NCBI GenBank assembly: GCA_963662285.2
Contig: CAXXMV010000006.1
Location: forward strand, 1,760,001-1,824,000
Direction: 5' to 3'
Length of the DNA: 64,000 nucleotides
DNA from: a bacterium
GTDB taxonomy: Bacteria > Hinthialibacterota > Hinthialibacteria > Hinthialibacterales > Hinthialibacteraceae
Shown: positions 49,511 to 59,350 of the stretch, one piece after another
Layout: every line of letters begins with the position of its first letter
Numbering within the stretch: the first letter of the stretch is position 1
Notes under the pieces: generated by a model
The model's input: only the letters and a program-made list of their open reading frames with translations
Database searches by the model: none
Told to the model about the DNA's origin: nothing
Made by a program: the position numbers and the translations under genes

Positions 49511-51451
49511 ATGGCTGGTATAATGCAGAATCATCTGGAAGAAAACCTGAAGCTTCTCGAGTTATATGATGCTGAATTAGCTGATCGATTACGCAATCAT
49601 AATCCATCCAATCGCATTGAAACTTTTATAACGCCGCAGAATTTCATCTCTCTTCGCGCAAAAACCGGAAACGGCGTTCAACTGATTCATAGCGGGCAGG
49701 AACCTATCAGAGAAGCTGAGCGATGGATGAGTACGTTAGATATCCAAAATCCATATAATATTATGGTTTTTGGCTGTGGTCTCTTTTATCATTCCTTTCA
49801 GCTGGTTAAACATTACCATTCAAATCTTCGTCATCTGGTTATCGTCGAAAAAGATATTGATATACTTCACACCTCATTTTCCGCAGTTGATATCTCTAAT
49901 TTTCTTAGAACAAAAATGACGTATTTTATTACTGAACCTTCTCCTGCTGATATTAGAAAGTTCATGAATCAGCATCTTACATCTTTTACGATAGATGGGC
50001 TTTCCATAGTTGAGCATCCGGCATCCTGTTCTTTATATCCTGAATTTTATAAAGAAACCAAAAGCATAATTGATGAATGCCTGCAGAATGGAACAATTCT
50101 GCTTCGTACCAAAGTGGCTCTTGGTGGAATGATACAGGAAAACATTATCAGGAATTCTCCTAATATATTCAGTCTTCCATCCATATCAGTCTTCAGCGGC
50201 ATGTTTCCCAACATTCCCGCTTTCATCATTGGCGCCGGACCGTCTCTCGATAAAAATATTGAACAGTTAGCTGCGGTACAAGATAAAGGCGTCATTATTG
50301 CCGCCGATACGGTATTGAAGCCCTTACGTGAACGTGGCATCCATCCTCATATCGTGATTTCTACTGATCCCACCGAACTCAATAACAAACATTTTGAAGG
50401 AATCAATGATTTAGGCGAAACCATTCTGGCTTTTGCTCTATCAGTTAATTCCAAAATTCCCAAGGATATTACAGGTACTAAAGTAGTCATTCCAACCCAA
50501 AACTCCAGACTTCTATCTTTGTTTAATAAGGTTAAACAGGAAACCAATCCACTTCAGACCGGTGTTAATGTAGGGCAGACCTGTTTCAATCTGGCCAAAT
50601 ATCTTGGTTGTGATCCCATCGTTATGGTTGGCTTGGATTTCTCTTTCCCGGTAGAAGGCGGAACAACTCATGCATCGGGTACGGCATTGCAAAGACCGAT
50701 TATTAAATCTGAAACGCCAGGCAAGATGAAAGTCGAACTACTCGACGCCCAACGCTCATTGGAAGAATTCGATCCTATACTGATACCTGGCAGTTACGTC
50801 AATCAAGTAGCAACCAACAAGTTTTGGCTGGCTTATCTAAGATCAATGGAACAGGCCATCAGCAATACTTCAGCGCGGGTTATCAATTGCACTGAAGGCG
50901 GCGCGCTGGTAGAAGGAGCGCAAAACAGAAAATTAGCAGATGTGATTAACGATGTATGCATCAATGATGCGCAAGCGCGCAGCAATCTACATGCGGTAGT
51001 GGGCTTTTTCTTTGGCGAGCCGCTCGATGAAGGCATTCAAATTCTAAATGAATGCTTAACTATTCTAAAAACCGCTATTAAATATGCTGATAAGGGTTTA
51101 CAGGAATTATCAGCTCTGAAGACGGTTGCCCACAGCGTTTCACCGGATAAAGGTATTCTACAGGAGAAACTGGATGCCATTACCGAAGCGCATAAACAAC
51201 TTGTGCAGGATCATAAAGTTTATATCGTTTTAGATGAAGCCGCCGATGCCATTCTTCATCCTTTCCTGCAACAGAACAAAAGACCGAGCGGTAATCTTGT
51301 TTCGGAAGAGAATATTCAAATCTCGATTGAGCGATATACTCCATATTTTGAAAATATCAAAGATATCTGCGAGCGTTATTCCGCTATAATTAGTGAAACG
51401 ATTGAATCTATGGAATCTACTGGAAGCAACTTATCTGATTTTAGTTTTTAA
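49511..51451 (+). CDS. DUF115 / Maf-like (MptE-like domain) protein
   Basis: IIGAGPSLDKN, IIAADT, LGCDPIVMVGLD, VINCTEGG; exact start uncertain. Confidence 0.78.
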   Translation: MAGIMQNHLEENLKLLELYDAELADRLRNHNPSNRIETFITPQNFISLRAKTGNGVQLIHSGQEPIREAERWMSTLDIQNPYNIMVFGCGLFYHSFQLVKHYHSNLRHLVIVEKDIDILHTSFSAVDISNFLRTKMTYFITEPSPADIRKFMNQHLTSFTIDGLSIVEHPASCSLYPEFYKETKSIIDECLQNGTILLRTKVALGGMIQENIIRNSPNIFSLPSISVFSGMFPNIPAFIIGAGPSLDKNIEQLAAVQDKGVIIAADTVLKPLRERGIHPHIVISTDPTELNNKHFEGINDLGETILAFALSVNSKIPKDITGTKVVIPTQNSRLLSLFNKVKQETNPLQTGVNVGQTCFNLAKYLGCDPIVMVGLDFSFPVEGGTTHASGTALQRPIIKSETPGKMKVELLDAQRSLEEFDPILIPGSYVNQVATNKFWLAYLRSMEQAISNTSARVINCTEGGALVEGAQNRKLADVINDVCINDAQARSNLHAVVGFFFGEPLDEGIQILNECLTILKTAIKYADKGLQELSALKTVAHSVSPDKGILQEKLDAITEAHKQLVQDHKVYIVLDEAADAILHPFLQQNKRPSGNLVSEENIQISIERYTPYFENIKDICERYSAIISETIESMESTGSNLSDFSF

Positions 51452-51481
51452 TTTTTCATATTTTTTGGAAGAGCAAATAAC

Positions 51482-52051
51482 ATGTTGATCAAACGTGAAG
51501 ACAATGGCGACGTAACCATTCTAAAAGTTTTTGGAGAAATCAACCGCACCGATACCGGTGATTTAAGAAAATCTTTGGAAAAAATTTTAGACGAAGAACG
51601 TACCAATGTTATATTGGATATGGAAGAAATAAAATTTGTCAGCAGTTTTATGATTATGATGCTGCTGCGCTTGAATCGTGAATTTCTTGCTGCAGGAGGC
51701 GGTATTAAATTGCTTAAGCCGAGGAGCGTGGTGAAACGCTTTTTAAGTATTGGCCGCGTGCTTGAATTGTTCGAGAGTTTTGATACTCGCATCGATGCCT
51801 TAAAATCTTTTCAAGTCAACATAAACAATGAATCATCCAAGCCGGAAAATAAAATTAAAAAGGCCGGGCATGATCAACGCGCCGTTATGCTCCGGTTGAT
51901 TGAGATGCTGCAAGAGAAGGGCGTGATAGATAGTAAAGAGTTCGATAATGAAATGAATCTCTCTTCGCGTTTGGTATTCCAGGTTTTCCGCCAGGGAATA
52001 CTGGATGACCCGCTTAAACCTGATAGCCCTGCCAGAAAGAAACAGGCATAG
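51482..52051 (+). CDS. STAS domain protein with C-terminal helical extension
   Basis: STAS fold in about the first 110 aa (VILDMEEIKFVSS); tail RLIEMLQEKGVI. Confidence 0.75.
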   Translation: MLIKREDNGDVTILKVFGEINRTDTGDLRKSLEKILDEERTNVILDMEEIKFVSSFMIMMLLRLNREFLAAGGGIKLLKPRSVVKRFLSIGRVLELFESFDTRIDALKSFQVNINNESSKPENKIKKAGHDQRAVMLRLIEMLQEKGVIDSKEFDNEMNLSSRLVFQVFRQGILDDPLKPDSPARKKQA

Positions 52052-52055
52052 TGCA

Positions 52056-52700
52056 TTACCATTCCGTGGCCTGCTCTGGAGCATCGGCCAGCGTGTTGCA
52101 TATCCAATCGGCGCCGCCGAGTTGTTCGGCGCTGAAACTGGTCATCAGCGCCAGACATTTGCTTCCAGCCGCTTTGGCTGCTGCAACTCCTGAAATAGCG
52201 TCTTCAACCACCAGAGCGTTTTGCGGGGCAACGCCGATTCTCTCGGCGGCGAACAGAAAGATGTCGGGGTGGGGTTTTTTCTTTTCCACTTCCAGACCAT
52301 TAACGCAGGCATTGAAACTTTGCTCGGACAGACCCATCTCACGCAGGTTAATCTCCATTTTAGTACGGTCGGCGCTGGTGGCGACGGCGGTTTTTAGCCC
52401 CAGCGTCTTACAGCGAGCCAGAAAATCCATAACGCCATCCAGGGGATCAATGCGCCCGCGGACGATCTCATCATATATCTCATAAGTCCGGGTTTTAGCG
52501 CTGGTGATCTCTATTTCCACGCCGTATTTTTCCGCCACGCCGCCGATGTAGCGGTTCTCTCCCATACCAACGAAATCCAGAAAATCTTCGGCTTTAACGG
52601 TGACGCCTAATTCAGCGAAATACTTCATCGCCGCTTCACAAATAAACTCTTCCGTGTCCACTAAAACGCCGTCCATGTCGAAGATAACCGCTTCTATCAC
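52056..52700 (-). CDS. HAD-IA phosphatase (beta-PGM/CbbY-like)
   Basis: IFDMDGVLVDTE, KPHPDIF, VVEDA..GV; GTG at 52700 with AAGGAG RBS. Confidence 0.9.
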   Translation of the reverse strand: MIEAVIFDMDGVLVDTEEFICEAAMKYFAELGVTVKAEDFLDFVGMGENRYIGGVAEKYGVEIEITSAKTRTYEIYDEIVRGRIDPLDGVMDFLARCKTLGLKTAVATSADRTKMEINLREMGLSEQSFNACVNGLEVEKKKPHPDIFLFAAERIGVAPQNALVVEDAISGVAAAKAAGSKCLALMTSFSAEQLGGADWICNTLADAPEQATEW

Positions 52701-52741
52701 AATGAAATGCTCCTTTATTGTCAGTTGCTTATAGCATTTAG

Positions 52742-52831
52742 ATTCCTCCCCCAAGCAGGGGGAGGTTAGGAGGGGGTTGTTTGGATGAAACGCAACCCCT
52801 CTCTAACTCCCCCCAGGCTTGGGGGGAGAAT
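52742..52831. repeat. Palindromic REP/MITE-like doublet, copy 2
   Basis: ATTCCTCCCCCAAGCAGGGGGAGGTTAGGAGGGGGTTG...CAACCCCTCTCTAACTCCCCCCAGGCTTGGGGGGAGAAT. Confidence 0.85.
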
Positions 52832-52885
52832 GTTTTCATCAATGCCTAATTATAATACCCCGGCTCAAGTTGGTAATTAAGGCGC

Positions 52886-54310
52886 TCACCAGTTTTTGCC
52901 TGAATGAAAATGCTCGTTGCGGATTTTCCATGCTTCAGTCAGGTTCAATTCTTCAAGCATCTCCGCTTCAGGCGCGAAGCGGTCATTTAAGCGATGCAGC
53001 CATTGTTGCAGTTCATCCTCCATTTTGCTGCGCAGGGATGAGTAGTTATTATCATCAATCAGGTTATTCATTTGATATGGGTCTTTCTTGTTATCATAGA
53101 GCACCCAGCCTTTGTCGCGCCACCGCGCATAGGTGTATCGGTCAGTACGCACGCCCCGCCAGGGACGTCCGTTCCACAACCGCGACTGATCGCAGCGCAG
53201 GTAATCCATCAGTGGAACAGAGGTGTGCTTCTCGCCAGTTCCATGCAGAACCTGTTGGCTCAGGTCTAGCCCCTGCATCTCATCGGGGATATCTGAACCG
53301 CTCAGCGATAATAATGTAGGCGCCAGGTCAGCAGTGCAAAACAGGCTTTCGTTTTGCTGGTTGGGCTGAATCTGTTTGGGGTGACTTATCAGCAGCGGCA
53401 CGTTGATTGATTCTTCCCAGGGCTGCTGTTTTTTTACGCGGTCATGAGACCAGAGCATGTCTCCGTGATCCGAGGTGAATACTACTATGGTATCATCGCG
53501 CAGGCTTAGATTTTCCAAGGTTTTCATCAGGCGTCCAACGCAGACGTCGAGCGCTGTGATATGTGAATAATATCCGGCGATCTTGTTACGTTCGGGATTC
53601 TTGCAATTAAACCGGATCGGTATTTTATCAGGATCATAAAAAGCCTTGTAATTATCGGGAACCATTTCATAAGGCGCATGGGGCGTTCCATAGGATACGG
53701 TCAGGAAGAATGGATCATCCTGATGCTCCTGAATGAAATCAATAGCCAGATCAGTCTGGATGTTTGGTTCATATCCATCGCGTTGGATCAATTCCGGCGT
53801 ATCCAGGAAATACTTGGTTTTGTAATAATTGTGATGACAGTTATATACCGCCCAGAAATCATCGAAACCCTGCCGCCGCGGCCCGGGGGGAGTGAACTTA
53901 TGGCGCGAGATTCCATCCAGATGCCATTTGCCGATATATCCGGTTTTGCATCCATCATTCTTAAGCGCCGTGGCGATGGTTGACTGTCCGGTTGGCAAGG
54001 GGAGATCATTGGATATGCAACGGTTGGCGGTGGGATACTTGCCGGTTAGGAATATAGCGCGGCTGGGAGTGCACAATGGAGCATTGGCGATAGAGTTATT
54101 AAAGCGAACGCCCGAACTGGCCAGCTGATCCAGATTAGGCGTCAGCAAATCAGAGTTGCCCGCGCAGTTCAAATCCATCCCGCGATGCTGATCTGCCAGG
54201 ATAAACAAAATATTAGGCTTACGCGTCTTGGCCTCAGCATGAGCGTTAAGCGACCCCAGCGCTAATCCCGCTCCAGCAGTCTTAATGAAATCTCTACGGG
54301 TTGTTTTCAT
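52886..54310 (-). CDS. Tat-exported formylglycine-dependent sulfatase (S1)
   Basis: TRRDF Tat motif; KPNILFILADQ; CTPSRA..LTG; GKWHL; TSDHG. Confidence 0.93.
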   Translation of the reverse strand: MKTTRRDFIKTAGAGLALGSLNAHAEAKTRKPNILFILADQHRGMDLNCAGNSDLLTPNLDQLASSGVRFNNSIANAPLCTPSRAIFLTGKYPTANRCISNDLPLPTGQSTIATALKNDGCKTGYIGKWHLDGISRHKFTPPGPRRQGFDDFWAVYNCHHNYYKTKYFLDTPELIQRDGYEPNIQTDLAIDFIQEHQDDPFFLTVSYGTPHAPYEMVPDNYKAFYDPDKIPIRFNCKNPERNKIAGYYSHITALDVCVGRLMKTLENLSLRDDTIVVFTSDHGDMLWSHDRVKKQQPWEESINVPLLISHPKQIQPNQQNESLFCTADLAPTLLSLSGSDIPDEMQGLDLSQQVLHGTGEKHTSVPLMDYLRCDQSRLWNGRPWRGVRTDRYTYARWRDKGWVLYDNKKDPYQMNNLIDDNNYSSLRSKMEDELQQWLHRLNDRFAPEAEMLEELNLTEAWKIRNEHFHSGKNW

Positions 54311-54400
54311 TATCAATTATCTTTCTATATATGAATATGGATATAGTTTTGAGTATAATCTTATTGTTTCATAATTTGTTGATGATTTCAAACTGTGGAG
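54233..54400. repeat. Diverged direct repeat A (sulfatase 5' end plus upstream region)
   Basis: Ungapped match to 55293-55460; hand count about 137/168 identical. Confidence 0.9.
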
Positions 54401-54444
54401 GTGATTTTGATTTTTAACTGATTTTTCTTTCGACTTTTTAAGTA

Positions 54445-54474
54445 TTGACACAAGAGAACAAATGTGGGTACAAT
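54445..54474 (+). promoter_or_regulatory. Putative promoter of the TA module
   Basis: TTGACA-18 nt-TACAAT. Confidence 0.5.
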
Positions 54475-54502
54475 TAGTTGGGTTGAAAATGAGGGAATTA
54501 AA

Positions 54503-54793
54503 ATGACTATGGACATCCGAAAAGATAATACTCTTAAGATTCGTATGGATTCGATCACTTTAGACATGATGGAAAAAGCCAGGACGTATTTGAAACTGGA
54601 TAAAAGCAAATTCATCCGGCAAAGCATCCGCCAAATGTCGCAAACAGTTATTGCGGATCATGAACAAACCAGGTTCAACGAAGAAGACTGGCGGGCTTTT
54701 TTTGAAATGGTAGAAAATCCTCCTGAACCAACAGAGCGAATGAAGAAATCCGCCCGAAAATATCGCGAGATCACAAACGGCCATGAAGTTTGA
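54503..54793 (+). CDS. DUF1778 (TacA/AtaR-like RHH) antitoxin
   Basis: LKIRM...EKA...SKFIR...F..MVENPPEP.ERMKK; overlaps the GNAT start. Confidence 0.85.
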   Translation: MTMDIRKDNTLKIRMDSITLDMMEKARTYLKLDKSKFIRQSIRQMSQTVIADHEQTRFNEEDWRAFFEMVENPPEPTERMKKSARKYREITNGHEV

Positions 54794-55274
54794 GATTCTA
54801 AATCCGAAAAGGCATAATCGAAATGATTTTGATTGCGGCGTAAAAGCGTTAAACCTTTATCTGCAAAAATTCGCCAACCAGGATCAAAAGCGTAGCCTGA
54901 CCAAAGTATATGTTCTGGCGGATGAAGAGACCATTATTGGTTATTATTCGATCAGCGCCCATTCGGTTTTTCGTGACAATCTACCCGAAAACAAAAAAAT
55001 CGGCGCCTACCAAAACCTCCCGTTTCTTTTATTAGGCAGGCTGGCGGTGGATAAGCGGCGTCAAGGTCATGGTTATGGGGATGTTCTAATTCACCATGCC
55101 TTTGAAACGACGCTCTATGCGGCGGAAGCCATTGGAATCATGGGTATGGTGGTTGATACTAAGAATGAAAAGGCTCTCGCCTTTTATGAAGAATTCGGAT
55201 TCAAACGGTTATTGGGAACCAAAAACAGGCTGATGTTGCCGCTGGCAGCCATCAAAAAAGCCATCGAGCAATAA
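54783..55274 (+). CDS. GNAT acetyltransferase toxin (TacT/AtaT-like)
   Basis: HNR..FDCG...LN.YL, LLGRLAVD...QG.GYG, VVDTK...A.AFYE.FGF. Confidence 0.9.
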   Translation: MKFEILNPKRHNRNDFDCGVKALNLYLQKFANQDQKRSLTKVYVLADEETIIGYYSISAHSVFRDNLPENKKIGAYQNLPFLLLGRLAVDKRRQGHGYGDVLIHHAFETTLYAAEAIGIMGMVVDTKNEKALAFYEEFGFKRLLGTKNRLMLPLAAIKKAIEQ

Positions 55275-55370
55275 TCAATAATTAAAGCCACTCTCAGCCT
55301 GAGCATGTAGTATCCCCAACGCCAATCCCGCTCCAGCAGTCTTCATAAAATCTCTACGGGGTGTTTTCAT
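55275..55370 (-). pseudogene. Remnant 5' end (Tat signal only) of a sulfatase paralog
   Basis: MKTPRRDFMKTAGAGLALGILHAQAESGFNY* versus the intact MKTTRRDFIKTAGAGLALGSLNAHAEA. Confidence 0.75.
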
Positions 55371-55460
55371 AATCTATTATCTCACTATATAAGAATAAGG
55401 GCGTAATTTTGAATACATTCCTATTCTTTCATAATTCTTGGATGATTTCAAACTGTGTAG
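55293..55460. repeat. Diverged direct repeat B
   Basis: Partner of 54233-54400, offset 1060 bp. Confidence 0.9.
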
Positions 55461-55580
55461 TTTAATTTATTGTGTTATGTAAATGAATCGTTTTATCTAT
55501 GGAGTATTCCAGTTAACATTCCATCATATCTATTATAAACTAAAACATTATATTTATTCAAACAACCAAGGAGCGCAACA

Positions 55581-56636
55581 ATGTCTCTCTTAACTAGACT
55601 ATGTCTATGTTTTTGTATTATATTTTCTTCATCTACTTTTACATTTGGATGTTCGGCTTTCTTGATACAAGATGATAATCACACTTTATTTGGAAGAAAT
55701 TATGATTGGAACAGATTAACAAAACCTTTAATTAGCATTAATCGCAGAGACATTGCAAAAAAAGCAATACCTTTCTTCATTACAACGAAGTCCGCAGAAT
55801 GGTCTTCAAAATATGGAAGCGTAACGTTTTGTAAAGGAGATACTGCACTTCCTTCAGATGGAATGAACGAAAAAGGGCTAGTGATTGCAATTCTGGCAAC
55901 ACCTCCCACTAAGATAATTGAAGATGATGATCGTCTAGGAGTTGGAATGCTAGAATGGATACAATACATGCTTGACACATGCGCTACTATACAAGATGTA
56001 GTTAACGCTGACAAGAAAGTTCGTCTCGCTTCAACTGGATTACTACAACATTATTTTATTAGCGACCGCAATGGAGATTCAGCGTTAGTCGAGTTTCATG
56101 AAGGCAAAACAGTATTTTATCGTGATCAAAGTTTGCCTGTCAAAGTTGCAACTAATTCATTCTACGACGAGTCGATTGAAGCATTGCAATCAGGCAAAGA
56201 GTATCTTAAAAATGATAAAGATTCTTTGGCGCGTTTCGTTAATCTTTCTAAGTCAGTTGACAATTGTACAGCGAAAACAATTGACGAAAAAATAAATTGC
56301 GCGTTTGACATGCTTAAAATGGTCTCCCGTCATTCTGAAAAATCAAAAACAGAATGGAGCGTAGTTTATAATATTAAAGAAGGACGTATTGATTTCAAAA
56401 CGTTTGATTCCAACAATGTTTGCACGATTGATCTAAAGCAAATCGATTTTTCTCATGATGCCGAGAGGAAATTAATGCGGCTGAATCAAAAGAAAAATGG
56501 CAATGTATTACCTTTATTCGAACCATGGACAGCATCAGTAAACTATGATTCTATACTTAGAGCTATTGATAGTATCCCAAAAAAATTAGAATCAGAGAGA
56601 AAAGGTTTGAAACTTTATCTTGAGCAATTCAAGTAA
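55581..56636 (+). CDS. Linear amide C-N hydrolase (choloylglycine hydrolase/penicillin V acylase family)
   Basis: Signal peptide then CS nucleophile; GRNYD, DGMNEKGL, TN, S..RF. Confidence 0.88.
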   Translation: MSLLTRLCLCFCIIFSSSTFTFGCSAFLIQDDNHTLFGRNYDWNRLTKPLISINRRDIAKKAIPFFITTKSAEWSSKYGSVTFCKGDTALPSDGMNEKGLVIAILATPPTKIIEDDDRLGVGMLEWIQYMLDTCATIQDVVNADKKVRLASTGLLQHYFISDRNGDSALVEFHEGKTVFYRDQSLPVKVATNSFYDESIEALQSGKEYLKNDKDSLARFVNLSKSVDNCTAKTIDEKINCAFDMLKMVSRHSEKSKTEWSVVYNIKEGRIDFKTFDSNNVCTIDLKQIDFSHDAERKLMRLNQKKNGNVLPLFEPWTASVNYDSILRAIDSIPKKLESERKGLKLYLEQFK

Positions 56637-56912
56637 CAAAGCAGGCTAAATCAATATTACATCGCCATATTTAAGAACTTTTTTTTTGCAAACCGATGGA
56701 TCACGTTAGCGTTATATCGTCGCATCTTACCAGATATGGAAACTATAAATGTTGATTGAAGGCAAGTTTGTCTTGACATGGTGAAGACTAACATGAGAAA
56801 ATGAAATAATAGAAAAAGGTGAAATTCTCGGCTCAATATGAAATCCCTGTTATTACTATTGAGAATATTCAGTCCCATTCAATTATTAAACTATGGCGGG
56901 AGACTTGAATTC

Positions 56913-57731
56913 ATGAATAAAATTATTTTCATTTTAGTGATTTTATTAAGTTGTCCTTTTTGTTATGCTGCTGTTCCAGAAATTGATTTAACTGGATTGA
57001 CAGAAAGTGATGTTAAAGCTAATGGGATTAGTATTCATTACATCCGTTCGGGTGGAGACAAACCACCACTAATATTGGCTCATGGTATGACTGGAAATTA
57101 CAAAGCAATGATGTTATACGCAAATGCCTTTAAGAACGAATACGATGTTATTGCATACGATGCCCGGGGGCATGGGGAATCTAGCCGGACTGATAAACAG
57201 TATTCCTACCAAGATAGTGCTGAGGATATTTTGGGATTGATAAAGGCCTTGCAATTAAAGAAGCCGATATTAATTGGACATTCTATGGGATCTTATTCTT
57301 GTGGGTTGTTTTCTGCGAAATATCCTGAAATACCAAAATCTGTAATACTTGAAGATCCTCCTCTTGGTATAGCTAAACCTGAAGATAAAGAACGGTTTGA
57401 GGCGCATATAAAACAAATATCTGATGTTAAAAAGCATTTGCTAAGTTTTCCAAATAAAACTTTTGATCCTGATGTTACTCTTATGCTAGATGAGATGATG
57501 GGAAAATTTTATTTGGAAGAATATTTCCCAACGATTGAATGTCCAACGCTCATTTTGAAATCCGGCAAGGGCATAACAAAAGACTATCGTATTCGAGTTA
57601 ATAAAATTGCAGAACGTTTATCCAAGGGTAAACTCATTTACTTTGATGATGCTGGTCATGGTATCCATTTTGAGCAGCCAGAGAAAACGATCAAAATTGT
57701 TAAACAGTTTTTGAATTCTTTAAACAACTAA
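56913..57731 (+). CDS. Secreted alpha/beta hydrolase
   Basis: HG, YDARGHG.S, GHSMG, AGHGIH.EQP. Confidence 0.88.
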   Translation: MNKIIFILVILLSCPFCYAAVPEIDLTGLTESDVKANGISIHYIRSGGDKPPLILAHGMTGNYKAMMLYANAFKNEYDVIAYDARGHGESSRTDKQYSYQDSAEDILGLIKALQLKKPILIGHSMGSYSCGLFSAKYPEIPKSVILEDPPLGIAKPEDKERFEAHIKQISDVKKHLLSFPNKTFDPDVTLMLDEMMGKFYLEEYFPTIECPTLILKSGKGITKDYRIRVNKIAERLSKGKLIYFDDAGHGIHFEQPEKTIKIVKQFLNSLNN

Positions 57732-57910
57732 TACTCTTGCTGGGCAATGAAAACTAGCAACAGGAATAAATATTGTTCATGTTATTAATCTTTTTGTATT
57801 TTCATTTATTGCGTTTGCTCGTATACCGATGGGACGCTAGTCCGACATGGTGAATCGCTTATTTCCGAACAACTATTTAATTATTAAATTCGTTTTACGA
57901 GAGAAAAATC

Positions 57911-58921
57911 ATGAAAACACAAATACTAACCGCATTCTTCGTTCTGGGAATAATTAGTTCCGGTTTTACATCCACCCAAAATATTAACCCGGCCAAACTG
58001 CCTGATGAAGTCAGGGCGCAGCAAGTCAAGGATATGAAATGGGGCATGTTTATCTGCTGGTCGTTCAGCACTTTTTATGGATCAGAATGGACTCCAACTC
58101 AAGGGAAGGATGCCAGTTATTTCAAGGCCACGGGTTGCGATACTGACCAATGGTGTGAGACGGCTAAGGCCGCAGGGATGAATTACATCCTCTTCCTGAC
58201 CAAACACCACGACGGATTCTGCCTCTGGGACACGGCCACTACTGACAAGAAAGTCACCAATAGCCCCCTTGGCATCGACGTGCTGGCTCAACTGCGGAAA
58301 TCATGCGACAAGTACGGCGTTAAACTGGCGCTGTATTTTTCTGAAGGAGACTGGAATTGGCCTGAAGCAGTCGACGGCAAGAGCGGTAAGGGAGGTAATA
58401 ACCCTCAGTTAAAGAAAGCCCAGCTGAAGGAACTTCTAACCCAATATGGCCCCATTGAATTCTGGTGGATGGATCACGCCATTGGAACCGGAGGCTTGCC
58501 GCATAAGGAAACGGTTGAATGGATGCACAAATTCCAGCCGAACACCTTTGTCGGTTTCAATCACGGAACCCCGGCGGGAAGACTTTGCCTGCGGGAGCGG
58601 GGCAAACCAGGCAAACTGGGTGACGCCAGCTCAACCAAGTACAACAAAGAGGCGGAAACCTCATACAAAGGCTACCACGTCGCAGAGTTTACATATCCCA
58701 TCCTGCCGCCGCACAAAGGCGGGGCGGATTGGTTCTACTCTCTACCCAAGCACGACAATCTCTGCCACCCAGCGGAAAAACTATACGAGGATTACCTGGG
58801 AGCAGTGAAGCACGAAAATATCTTCTCTATAAATGTCGGCCCCAATTACCAGGGACGGCTGCGGGATATTGACGTGAAGACTCTCAAACGGGTTGGAGAA
58901 ATGATAAAATCTGGAGCATAG
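57911..58921 (+). CDS. Alpha-L-fucosidase (GH29)
   Basis: WGMFI.W, AKAAGMNY, TKHHDGFCLW, ELLTQYG, WWMD. Confidence 0.85.
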   Translation: MKTQILTAFFVLGIISSGFTSTQNINPAKLPDEVRAQQVKDMKWGMFICWSFSTFYGSEWTPTQGKDASYFKATGCDTDQWCETAKAAGMNYILFLTKHHDGFCLWDTATTDKKVTNSPLGIDVLAQLRKSCDKYGVKLALYFSEGDWNWPEAVDGKSGKGGNNPQLKKAQLKELLTQYGPIEFWWMDHAIGTGGLPHKETVEWMHKFQPNTFVGFNHGTPAGRLCLRERGKPGKLGDASSTKYNKEAETSYKGYHVAEFTYPILPPHKGGADWFYSLPKHDNLCHPAEKLYEDYLGAVKHENIFSINVGPNYQGRLRDIDVKTLKRVGEMIKSGA

Positions 58922-58930
58922 CTAGAAGCC

Positions 58931-59317
58931 ATGTCACAGATCAAGTTAAAACTAAGTGTTCTTGAAGGTCTTTTCACGGTTCATCAATTTTCCACCCATC
59001 GTGAAATTCCAATCCAGGTCTATAAGGATGGATTCTACAGCATTAGCAAGACTGAAGACGAATTGTCAATAGTATGCAGTTCTTCCATCCTGCTGGATTC
59101 AGAAAAGTCTGAAACCGGTTGGTCTTGTATCAAGGTCGTTGGGTCTTTGGACTTTTCTTTAACTGGCATCTTGGCGGAAATCTCAGCAGTTCTTGCCAAG
59201 GAGGGAATAAGCATTTTTGCAATATCAACCTTTGATACAGATTATATCCTGGTCAAATCAGAGAAACTACCGCTTGCCCGCGAAGCGCTGCTGGCATCCG
59301 GACATTCTTTCATATAG
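58931..59317 (+). CDS. ACT domain protein (ACT_7/CASTOR-like)
   Basis: SISKT.DELSIVC, LDFSLTGIL, ISIFAISTFDTDYILVK. Confidence 0.9.
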   Translation: MSQIKLKLSVLEGLFTVHQFSTHREIPIQVYKDGFYSISKTEDELSIVCSSSILLDSEKSETGWSCIKVVGSLDFSLTGILAEISAVLAKEGISIFAISTFDTDYILVKSEKLPLAREALLASGHSFI

Positions 59318-59350
59318 TAGAAAAAATTCTTCTTCTGCACGAACACAGAT

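Noticed and set aside
52701-52754. N-terminal extension of the HAD gene in the ORF track
   Set aside because: Begins inside the palindromic repeat; the better start is GTG 52700 with AAGGAG
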